20,404 nucleotides of DNA from Ginkgo biloba (taxonomy: Eukaryota; Plantae; Ginkgophyta), in assembly GCA_024626585.2 (NCBI GenBank), contig JANKJI020000002.1:139031442-139051845 (forward strand). The letters run 5' to 3'. Of this stretch, positions 1-10,694 are shown in pieces. The translations under genes and the position numbers were made by a program. The notes under the pieces are model-generated. The model saw only the letters and a program-made list of their open reading frames with translations. It had not been told where the DNA came from and searched no databases. Numbering within the stretch: the first letter of the stretch is position 1; the number at the start of each line of letters is the position of its first letter.

Positions 1-450
1 TAGTGCATGTAGTTTTCATGTGTCCATTGTTGACCATTAACTATTCTTAGCCTTGATCCATGCGTAGGTTAAGAGAGGGTCAGATATATATTGTTGTAAA
101 AACCATTGTATTTGTTAAGGAATAAGAATTGCATTATTCATAATTGAAGATTGTAAATTTATATACAAGGTTATTGTTCTTGTTTTCACCATTCTTCAAT
201 AGTGTGCATAGGATTTTAAGAGAGAAGAGAAAGTGTGTGAAATATCATTATCCCCTCTTCATCAAATCCTCACAATCTCCAAAGAGACTCTTTTGCATGC
301 TTGAATAGTCTTTGTAGTGCTAATTGATAGAGACATTATGTCAAGTGCTCATACTTATATCCTATTCATCTTAGATGACCCTAGGAGTAATTGTAAGTCT
401 TTTGTTGATTCATTATTTATAGATTGATCTTCATTAATTGGCACCTCTAG
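1..450 (+). mobile_element. Possible 3' part of an LTR ending ...TTCA (433), followed by a PBS-like TGGCACC (439-445)
   Basis: TATA-like GATATATAT near 83-91, a CA end, and TGG a few bases later, upstream of a + strand gypsy pol remnant. No second LTR copy is visible to confirm it. Confidence 0.3.
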
Positions 451-1849
451 TGTCACACCACCTTATAGGTCCAATATTTTGTGGTAGTTGTCTAATGACA
501 ATGATAATTAGTTGAAATGCAATTTTTATCTTTTTACAATTCGTTCTNNNNNNNNNNNNNNNNNNNNNNNNNNNNNNNNNNNNNNNNNNNNTATATAGAT
601 GAGTATTTAATTGATATGCTTGTTAATAGTAACAACATTCTATGCATGTACTTAGACCCATTATCATTAACCCATGTGTTATAAGTCTCTTGTTGTTGGT
701 GGAATCTAAGTCTACTAATCATAGGAATGCTACTTTCAATGAATGCCAAAGAGTGTGAATATTAGAGTAAAACTTTGATCGGTTAATAATTAGTCAATAA
801 CCCATGTCACAAGGGATTTACTCTATTTCTCAATCACTATCAAATGCATCTAAGGGCCTAGAACTTCATGATACTACAACCAACTAATTGTCATTTTATC
901 TTAAGTATCCAACCCACTGATTTACTTGTTATACATGATTCTTTTACTACTACTACAACTTCTATCATGACTACTCCATTAACCCACTAGTTATCAATCC
1001 TACATTTGATCTCACACTCAATATGATTTCTCAATTGTGAATTTGGATAGTGAAGAGCATTACTAATGATATAGGAAAACTTATCTAAATTGTTACAACT
1101 CTTAGATATGTTGTACAAGATTAGTATTACAAAATCCAAGACCTCAACTCTACAAAAAGGCTTAGAAAAAGGTTGAACCAATTTTCTAAGAGACCTTTCA
1201 CACTAATTTAGGTTCTATTTCTTTTTAGAAGCTCAAGGATCCAAATTAAAATTTATTTAAGAATTTTGAAGAGAATGATCAATACTTTTGAGTACTATGC
1301 ACGAAGAAACTTAATCCCCTACGGAATCACAAGGAGTTTAACCATTTTATCGGGCATTTTATATGTGATCTATTATCTAGAATATGCATAATAGTATATA
1401 ATTAAAAATATCATACACACTATCCTNNNNNNNNNNNNNNNNNNNNNNNNNNNNNNNNNNNNNNNNNNNNNNNNNNNNNNNNNNNNNNNNNNNNNNNNNN
1501 NNNNNNNNNNNNNNNNNNNATTGAGTGATTACATAATAGATATTTATCTCCTAAAAAGTAGATGTACATGGTAAGAAACCACAAGTTGCTAATTAGAAAG
1601 AAGGCAAAAAGGAATGATGATGAATTGTCTAAGCACCCATTTAAAAAGAAGCCAACGAAATTCTATATGTGCCATAAATATTTTAGCCACACTTGGGGGG
1701 ATTGATTTAAGAATAGATATAATATGTTCATGAAAAGANNNNNNNNNNNNNNNNNNNNNNNNNNNNNNNNNTTGTCTAAAATATATATATAAACTCTAGT
1801 AATATTCTAGGTGTTATAGGATACTACAACTAAATTAGTATGGAGATTA

Positions 1850-3300
1850 TGCACTAAACCAATGCAGGATTGAAAATCAATCCTTCCTAAGAAATACTAT
1901 GGGAATTTCACCTTAGTGGATTTTAGTTTTAAAGTATGCATGCATGCATGAATCCTAATGGGATAACAACTTAGAATATTATTTAAGGTTTACATATTGT
2001 TAGGGAAGGTTCATATTGGGTGGTAGGNNNNNNNNNNNNNNNNNNNNNNNNNNNNNNNNNNNNNNNNNNNNNNNNNNNNNNNNNNNNNNNNNNNNNNNNN
2101 NNNNNNNNNNNNNNNTTTATAAATCATGGCATATCTATAATGGATATATTCATAGAAACATCACATGAGAATGGATTCTAAGAATTAGCTTGAAAGGACG
2201 AATCACATTAGAATTTTCTAAGAAAAAAAATGAAAAGCTAATTATAAGGATTTATAAGGAACCTTGTTAGTATTATATTCTAATTACAAATGTTGAAGAC
2301 AAATTGGTGTGGCATAGAGGGATAATTATAGGAGATTACAAAGTTAAATAGGGAGTAGAGATTCAACTTAAAGATCTCATAGATACTATCGTAAAGAACA
2401 ACATATAGAAATATAATTGGTTGCCACCCTTGAATCTTTGAGTCACATGTTTTTTTAGTTACTATTACATAAGAAATTACTTATCTATGAAAACTTAAGA
2501 AAGAGAGGTTTACATAGGCCATTAGCTTGCAAATTTTTTAATGCAAATAAGAAATTACAAAACACCTTTTAATCTAATGCGTATTTATTAGGGAAGTCTG
2601 GGTGCCTGTCTTGAGGGACCTAAGAATATAATATAGTATATTCTAGTATATTAGTGAGGTGAACGATGTATTCATCAACTGGAATAATAAATATCCAAGA
2701 AGTTTATAGATAAACTTATCTACAAAATTATTTGGAGATTCTTACTAATATTGATTTATAGATCTTTTATTTTAGTAGAACTTCCCAAAGGTAAGGAATT
2801 GAAGATCGTATATACTCCTATAGACATGTACATGAAAAAATATAGGCTTGTAGGTTTTATTCAGATAAAAAAATTATTTCCTTAACCCCTTGGGAGAATT
2901 TCAACCCCCTCAATAAAAATCATTCTAGAAGGATTCTAGAGATTACACTTTGATGGAGACTCCAAAAGGAACCTTGGGAAAGATGGAGCTAAGGGGTCCT
3001 ATGCATGTAGGACCAATCATTCTCTTTGGTATTTTTGCAAGGTATGGGTTTCGCCTCAAACAATAGGGATAATTTTAGGGATATAATTAGGTGCCTAAAA
3101 TTAAACTTATAGAATGATATGTAGAAGTGTCTAATCCAAGGTGATTCAAACTTGGTGACGAAGGAATTACAGGTTGATAACTAGAGGATTTATGTGCTTC
3201 TAAAGGAATTATTGAATCTAGCATCCAAGTTGGAAGAATGGAATATTATGCATATATATACAGAGATAATAATCACTTAGTAGATGCATTGGTAAAGGAG
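1850..3300 (+). mobile_element. Highly degenerate Ty3/gypsy pol remnant (RT thumb plus archaeal-type RNase H; Tat-like)
   Basis: Manual translation: FIRNLVSIIF*LQMLK (~2251, RT thumb FIxNLAxxxxPLxxLLK); LHFDGDSKRNLGKDGAKG (2943, cf. LxFDGASRGNPGxAG); GFASNN (~3047); IQGDSNLV (~3134); HIY/RDNNHLVDALVK (3251-3297, cf. HxxRExNxxADxLA). Many stops and frameshifts. Confidence 0.7.
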
Positions 3301-4879
3301 GCAACTTATGCTCTTTGGGGATCCTTAGTTATAAATACTACATAATAATCTATTAGGAATGTTTACGGCTATTCATAGATATTATTATTTTCATAAATAA
3401 TATCTCTCTCTAGGACTATATGAATATAATATAAGGGAAATTGTGATTAATTAGTATTACAAACCATTGTATGGGAAGGATGACAACTTTTAGACATCCA
3501 TTTTATAATAATTTGTATCATAATTAAAAGTTTATCTCTTAAAAAAAAAACAAATCTAGATGTTATACATATTTTGAATAAGGCCATTATGCTTAAATTT
3601 CTCCTTATCATAAGGGATGGCCTAATATTTATAAGTATTATGATCCAAATAACCACTATACTAGTGAATGTTCTAAGGCAGAATAATAATAATAATAATA
3701 TGATTTAGAAAGATGAACGCTTATGAAACCACAACTAGGCTAAGTCTAATAAACCCTATACAAAGGAAGCACACTAATAACATTATGCATGGGTTACTAA
3801 AAAATTGACTCAAGGTGTACTTGATATAGAATTAAAATAGTAAAGAAGACTTAGTCAAACCAAGTAGTTATAAAATGAGCATGTTGAAGTCAGTGAGATA
3901 ATGTTAGGGTTTGTTGTGAACTCTAATGATCCAAGATTCATTGATACAACTAAATATACAAGTGCCCACTTATATTATCATCTTTGGGGATGAATTTATA
4001 ATACATGTAAGATCAAGTCACATTGTTGATAAATCCTCTAAATATCTATACCGAATCCAACAAATGCAAATTTCTTTTGAAGCTAAAGAAAGGATAGACC
4101 AGCTCTAGAAAACTTGGAGAAGATCTAGCCAAAGTTAATTGAGGCTACCTAAGAATAAAATAAGTGGGAGAATATGCCATATCATTTTGATTCATTAATA
4201 AATGACAAATAAGACACTTTATCACTCTCTTATTATATTCTTTCAAGCAATTAAATGCCTTGAAACATGTTTAGAAATTTGTAGAGACTTTAACATTATT
4301 GAATGAAATTCTCACCCACCCTCTCCTTCATATCTTACTACCAAAACACTTATACTAGTAATTCATATGATATAATATCAAAATAACATTTTAGGCATCC
4401 TTAAGAAAGATAACATTAAACATAAATTTTTAATAACATTAGTAAGTATGGAAGACCTCAACCTTTCAGAAAATCCCAAATCTTAAAAATACCACCTAGA
4501 TAGACCTTGGACCACCCACATACGAGGTTATATTAGTGTAGATAAAGCTAGGTTCAAATTTAAGAAAGGTTTTTAGAATTTGATTGTTCTCTTTAATAAA
4601 TATGTTATTAGGCTCTTGCAAGTCTCTAAATCCTATCTTTTATTGAAGACATCCCTAAGATCACATATCAAATAGAAAATCCATAGTTATTGACTAGGAT
4701 GCCCTCGTCCAAAAGTGGTTGGTCACCCCTTATAATCTTATATTAAAAAAATATTACCATCTAGGTGTAGAGGATGATAATAAAGATGCTAATGAATAAT
4801 TTTTGCATTATTAATTCTATCTGTTCTAAGGATAATGATCGATTAAGGAGATAAATGACCAAGCTTACAATAAATAGTT

Positions 4880-5330
4880 CCTTAGTAAAAAAGAAATATT
4901 ATGATAGCTCTAAATATTTAACAAGTTTTATTGACAAGTTATAAGAAGCCATAATCTATCTCACTAGTAGGATGCCTATATTTATCAAAGCTCTTTAAGG
5001 ATAGGCATTCATATGTTATATTTACTATGATAAGAAATCTTTGATGTAGAGACATGTTATGCCTCCATTTTAGAGACCATTTGATCTTATGTAATCTCAA
5101 CATAAGAATCAAATTACCAAGTACACATAATTTTTCTTGTTGATCATATTGCAATATAAACTTATATCAAATAAAAAAATTATTATAAATACAAGTTTTA
5201 GCCCCATTTGTTTCTAATAACTTTAGAAGAAATCACATGGATTATGATTTGAAAATAATTAGCTCAAAATTTTATCCAAATGTTCACTTTTCAAGATCTA
5301 TAATGAAAAATACAATCATTAGTCATGCAT
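4880..5330 (+). mobile_element. Degenerate Ty3/gypsy gag remnant
   Basis: KYYDSSKYLTSFIDKL*E...FIKAL*G*AFICY (latter from 4981) matches the retrotransposon gag pattern YDG..DP..FI..F...F..SL.G.A..W(Y). The stops fall at Q/W-type codons. Confidence 0.45.
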
Positions 5331-6660
5331 ATACATCTAAATGGAGATCAAAGGATAGGGAATCTCTACTAGAATTTATAAGAACCTATATCTCATCTCA
5401 TAATAAAAAAATATGAGTCTAATGAAGGTAAGTCCAATATGCATCAACGAAGGATGCTACTAAACTCTATTGTTAGTAGTGTGAAAGATATTATTGCTCA
5501 ACTAAGTGCATTTACTAACAACTTAAAAAGTTTAATTAGTCAAAATAAAACATATATTNNNNNNNNNNNNNNNNNATTAGATGGTTTTGTTAATCTAATT
5601 AAAATACATACCAATACCAAGCATTAAGGTGATGTCATTCCATCATATTCTTAGTAAATCTAATAAAAAGGAGACATAAAAAAGGATGAAGATAATTCAC
5701 GAATGCATTACAACTAGAAATAATTATACTAAATCAATTCATATATAACCTCTATTAAGAATGCCCTAAGGATCTACCATTCCACGATGAGATCAAGTTG
5801 TAATCTCTTAATTTAGGAACCATTGAGAAGTACAAGGAGATACGTGTTCACAATTAATAGGATTAATGGATAGTGATTGAATCCCATGCCTAACTGTTTA
5901 CTTTTCTTAATTCTTACTTAAAACTCAAAATCAATTCACAAATTAATCTAACTCTATTGTTATTAATTACTTTCATAGACTCTATTGATTTGTGACTATG
6001 CATAATTTATATTTTAGTTAGAATAGTAAGTCAATTACAAATCATAGAACATTAACATGAACAACATTCATAATAAATTATTCATAAACATAAGGGAACA
6101 CANNNNNNNNNNNNNNNNNNNNNNNNNNNNNNNNNNNNNNNNNNNNNNNNNNNNNNNNNNNNNNNNNNNNNNNNNNNNNNNNNNNNNNNNNNNNNNNNNN
6201 NNNNNNNNNNNNNNNNNNNNNNNNNNNNNNNNNNNNNNNNNNNNNNNNNNNNNNNNNNNNNNNNNNNNNNNNNNNNNNNNNNNNNNNNNNNNNNNNNNNN
6301 NNNNNNNNNNNNNNNNNNNNNNNNNNNNNNNNNNNNNNNNNNNNNNNNNNNNNNNNNNNNNNNNNNNNNNNNNNNNNNNNNNNNNNNNNNNNNNNNNNNN
6401 NNNNNNNNNNNNNNNNNNNNNNNNNNNNNNNNNNNNNNNNNNNNNNNNNNNNNNNNNNNNNNNNNNNNNNNNNNNNNNNNNNNNNNNNNNNNNNNNNNNN
6501 NNNNNNNNNNNNNNNNNNNNNNNNNNNNNNNNNNNNNNNNNNNNNNNNNNNNNNNNNNNNNNNNNNNNNNNNNNNNNNNNNNNNNNNNNNNNNNNNNNNN
6601 NNNNNNNNNNNNNNNNNNNNNNNNNNNNNNNNNNNNNNNNNNNNNNNNNNNNNNNNNNNA

Positions 6661-7260
6661 AGACTTAATAACTTTACTAAGTCTACCTCCATTTTAATTT
6701 CTTCCTGATCTTTCTCCGCTATCATTTTTCATATTTTCTGGATCTTTATTCCCATCTTCTAGAACTTTGATTATGTTGTTGTCCACCACCTCACTATATA
6801 TTCCATTTATGTTTTGGACTACATTTTCTTTGTAATCCATTTTTCTTACAATATTAACAAATCCATATTCCTTAATTTTGAGCCATTTTTCATTGAAGTA
6901 ATTCTTATCCAATTGATCTTGGATAACCTCTTTTTATTTCTTGACCTATTTAGAATCTAGGTTTACCAATACTTGCATAAGATCTTCATTAGAGTGGTTC
7001 TTTATTTTATAACCTAGTTTGATAACCAACCTTTGTATTCTCAATCTACTCCATGACTTCATCTTTCATAGGCTTCAAAGCCTCCTTGTTGTTCATCATA
7101 TTTTCATATTGTGCAACTATATCAAACTTTTCAAAACTTTGAGTTGATGTCCAATATTTTCTCTTCCATTCCATCCAAGAAGTCTTTATCATTCTTGGCA
7201 TTTATCATCTCTTCTACACGATGTAACTTGTCCATTTCAGCATGCACTTTCACAGACAAC
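6661..7260 (-). pseudogene. Decayed K/E-rich ORF, probably an accessory ORF of a retroelement
   Basis: Protein-like reading segments LSVKVHAEMDKLHRVEEMINAKNDKDFLDGMEEKILDINSKF* and DKNYFNEKWLKIKEYGFVNIVRKMDYKENVVQNINGIYSEVVD, broken by stops and frameshifts. It lies downstream of the integrase-like remnant on the same strand. Confidence 0.35.
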
Positions 7261-8199
7261 TATGCATAGCCCTTAGGTTCTAACAATCTCAATATGGTAT
7301 CTCTAAAAACATTCCTTTAGATTTTTCATCTTGACTTTATAGACATGATTTTTGGTTATCCATTTTAGAAACTCAATTCAAATTCTTGACACTTTCATGT
7401 GTCAATTTTTCCAGTTCTAGATTCACCATTTACACATAAAGATCTTATGTTATTTTTTATTCTTAACTTCTTCTATTTGTCTCTTGACTATCATTTTCAT
7501 TTTTCCAATATTTTTGTATCAGTTACGAATATTTACTTTTTCATTATTGGTTTAATTATGATAATGTTTGTAATTTCAATATTTTTCTCTAGATCTTGTA
7601 TTATTACCTATATTTATTTATTTTGGGGGTTTGAGTTTGAGAAGCCCCCTCTTATGAATGAACATTTATTTTCCATGTACATTTTGTTCATCTTGGTAAA
7701 TTTTTTNNNNNNNNNNNNNNNNNNNNNNNNNNNNNNNNNNNNNNNNNNNNNNNNNNNNNNNNNNNNNNNNNNNNNNNNNNNNNNNNNNNNNNNNNNNNNN
7801 NNNNNNATAATATTTAATCACCAAATTAGGATTCAATTCATTCATAATCACAAAACTTCTTTAATTTTTTAACCTTATAGAATAACTATAGCCCTTGCCT
7901 ACACACAACTAACTCTATAACTCTCTGCTCTAGATCTCAGGCTTAGAGCTTGTTAATGAATTTATTTTAACAATATAATTATTTATCCTAATATGCTCTA
8001 CTGTAAGATTTAATTTATTTTCCTAGTATAGACATATGATTTAATTTTTACCTACCAAATCTTTTTAAAAAAGTGTGAGATTATCTTGTCTGTTAATCTC
8101 ATTATTTTTCACACTCCTTTCAAATCTTAAAGATCCATGTCAAATCATGATTGCGTAATCTTTTTCAATTTGTTGGACACTTATATTATTTTTGTATAC

Positions 8200-9060
8200 T
8201 TATTTCAATTTCTAGATTATTGTGGCCCATGGCATTCCTTTTTTAATGCCTTACAACCTTTGCATTATTGTATTTATATATAATTATTTTTCACTTTTGT
8301 CCATTTGATATTTTATCTCACTCTTATGATGATATTATAAAATTTTTCCTTTATTGCAAACTTTGGTCCATCCTACTGACTTATGTATTTTCATATTTTA
8401 TCACAATCATGCAACACTTAGCTAACATTTCTAAGAATAATCTTAGTATGGCTTCTAATTCTCCTATTTAGGTGAATTTTAACCTATCATGACTTTTTGT
8501 TATTTTTGCTAATCTTTTTTAATTTGCGAAATCACATGACTTTATACTTTGCTTAGGCCTATGGAAATTTCCCCCCTTCCTTGAATTAGATTAAATTTCT
8601 TTTGTTTAGGTCCAATTGGTCTATCCAATCGTTATTCTTTGACCCCACTATCATAAATTTTCTTATTTTTGTATAATTTATGCTTTTTTCCATTTGTATA
8701 GTCATTTTTATTCCTATGAACTTTATGAAATATCAATTTCTTTAATTTTGTGACCATCATTGCAATTTTCCTTTTTTATACTCATTCTTCATTTTTAATC
8801 TTTTGATAAATCATTGTACTACAAATCTTTACAATATTTATTTTTCATCAAATGTTCTTAGTGTTTGTCTTAGCTTAATCAACTTCCTTCTATGCTTGTA
8901 CACCATTCCATACTACACTCTTTATATTTCTACCTTTATATACACATATCCATATCTATACTTGAATTTAATCAGGCCTCATTTTAACACCTTTTCACCT
9001 TCTCTATTAGAGCTCATTGTCATTTGTCACAACTACACAACCTTGTAAAAATGACAAGTC
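8200..9060 (-). mobile_element. Degenerate retroelement integrase-like remnant
   Basis: Weak motif matches: LQGCVV near 9050 (Zn-finger CxxC position) and GELEAILRLFLEMLAKC near 8470-8420 (cf. NG..E..N..L..ML.K). Confidence 0.35.
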
Positions 9061-9600
9061 TTTATGAATTTCATTTCTTACTTAGCTAATATTCCATCAG
9101 TAATTATTTTCTTGTGGAAGTGAATTTTACTCAAAATTTCTACCTACATGCACCTTAACAACTTGTCTTGCCAAGGACATGCTTCAATCACAATATGTTA
9201 TATAGTTATAAAAGAAATTTTTATTTCAAAATTCCTTTCTGAGTTGATTTTACTCTTTTTGTAGAGTCAAATCACTTTGTCATCGTACATTCTCTTGTGG
9301 AATTGATATTCTTNNNNNNNNNNNNNNNNNNNNNNNNNNNNNNNNNNNNNNNNNNNNNNNNNNNNNNNNNNNNNNNNNNNNNNNNNNNNNNNNNNNNNNN
9401 NNNNNNNNNNNNNGCAGACATGATACATTCAAGTTTTAATCGATCGATCATCCTTTGTCATATGCTTAATTCTATCGTCAAATTGAAGTTTATATTGTTT
9501 GCATGTCAGCACCAAGCTAAGTAGGCACTTAAATTGACTTGGTTATACAACATTAGGCTCACAAAATTGTTTGTTGGAGCTAAAAATGATTTTCCTTTGT

Positions 9601-9745
9601 CTATAAAGGTGGAGAATATAGTACTTCATTAGGTTTTGGGGGTAGANNNNNNNNNNGTTACAATGTAGTATTTACTTTCATCAAATTTGCTACTAAAGGG
9701 GAAGAACATGTTGCTCTAAATGTAGGTTTTGGTGGCAGAGGTTAC
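9601..9745. repeat. Diverged direct repeat, two copies about 90 bp apart
   Basis: TAAAGGTGGAGAATAT...TAGGTTTTGGGGGTAGA[N]GTTAC versus TAAAGGGGAAGAACAT...TAGGTTTTGGTGGCAGAGGTTAC. Confidence 0.5.
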
Positions 9746-9859
9746 TACACAATAGAATTAATTAAATTTGATTTGTTTGTTTTTTTTTAAATCATCTCTT
9801 GGATCAAACCATAATACCCAAATAATACTCGAAAAGGCATTACAAATTATCTTGTCCAC

Positions 9860-10311
9860 ACCTTCCTTACAGAAAATAAAGCTGCATTAACAACTACAAC
9901 AATATCATTCACAAATTAACATAAAACCTATGAAATATAACCATCAACAAATACATCATCAACAATAAGGGATACCTAATATTGGAAGCCCCTTGCCACT
10001 TGGCATACCAAGAAAGAAAGAACTACAAATCTATCCTAAATTGCTACAAAGCTTCATTGCACAAGCCAAACAGTGACAGCACTGCTCTCAGAAGTATACA
10101 AGTATGTTATGAGGTGGTTCACCACTTACTACGGGTTAGGGTTGTGTTCCTACAATTGGAAACAACCATTCAGTTGTAATGAACTAATTAGGAAAGGTTG
10201 ATTAACACTTGCTAGCTAAGTTAAAGGTGTGTTCCCCTTATTGGACACAGCCCTTCACTTGTCATCTATATATACTCTACACATAATGTATTGTAACCAC
10301 CAATTATTACA
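9860..10311 (-). other. Putative 3' UTR of the host gene
   Basis: Follows the TGA at 10312. Non-TE-looking sequence with U/G-rich tracts (TTGTTGATGATGTATTTGTTGATGG) typical of plant 3' ends. The poly(A) site is not determined. Confidence 0.55.
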
Positions 10312-10548
10312 TCACATTTGGTGATTGAGGGTGACCCCCAACTTCTTGGCTCCCACTTTTATCATTGTGTGGACTAACATGCTTGATCCTCCCCTTCTGG
10401 ATCTCCATGCAAGTTCCCTGAGTTGCATTGTCAACAACATCCCCTCAACTGAGTTGTATCCAGTACCCGCTTCATACCCAATAGCACTTCCAACCTTAGC
10501 AACATATACCCTTACACAGGTATCAGATTCATAAAAAGGATCTTGAGA
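10312..10548 (-). CDS. Terminal coding exon of an unidentified host gene (SQDPFYESDTCVRVYVAKVGSAIGYEAGTGYNSVEGMLLTMQLRELAWRSRRGGSSMLVHTMIKVGAKKLGVTLNHQM*); possible divergent GNAT-fold C-terminal half
   Basis: Stop-free, GC-richer 237-nt frame, unlike the decayed TEs around it. Preceded by a T-rich tract and canonical acceptor CTTTTGCATTTTATGGTGCAG|TCT (phase 0). The other two frames stop within 12 codons. No TE motifs. Confidence 0.8.
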   Translation of the reverse strand, partial: SQDPFYESDTCVRVYVAKVGSAIGYEAGTGYNSVEGMLLTMQLRELAWRSRRGGSSMLVHTMIKVGAKKLGVTLNHQM

Positions 10549-10620
10549 CTGCACCATAAAATGCAAAAGTAGGAAGTATATGCGTAGTATATTTTTCACA
10601 AACAAAAAAAGGGAAAACAG
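10549..10620 (-). promoter_or_regulatory. 3' splice acceptor and polypyrimidine/U-rich tract
   Basis: Minus strand reads CTGTTTTCCCTTTTTTTGTTTGTG...CTTCCTACTTTTGCATTTTATGGTGCAG; the AG is at 10550-10549. Confidence 0.7.
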
Positions 10621-10694
10621 GGCCACCAACCCAACTCAGTCTACTACACCTCAATGTTTTGTTTTTGTTTTTCTCTTCCTATAGAGAAATAAGC

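Noticed and set aside
6057-6725. Longest ORFs (203 and 215 aa)
   Set aside because: Composed almost entirely of N-gap translation.
9982-10179. 65-aa + strand ORF
   Set aside because: Non-ATG start, antisense to the UTR, and no recognisable motif.
9860-10311. TPP riboswitch in the 3' UTR
   Set aside because: No CUGAGA or GAACCUGA core, and the peptide is not THIC.
10216-10314. Selenocysteine or readthrough: TGA-TGT stop, a second in-frame TGA, and AUGAC just before hairpin H1 (SECIS-like)
   Set aside because: The 3' side of H1 has no GA to form the SECIS quartet, the helix geometry is wrong, and land plants lack Sec machinery.
10325-10534. 69-aa + strand ORF
   Set aside because: Antisense shadow of the minus-strand exon, with no splice or start support.
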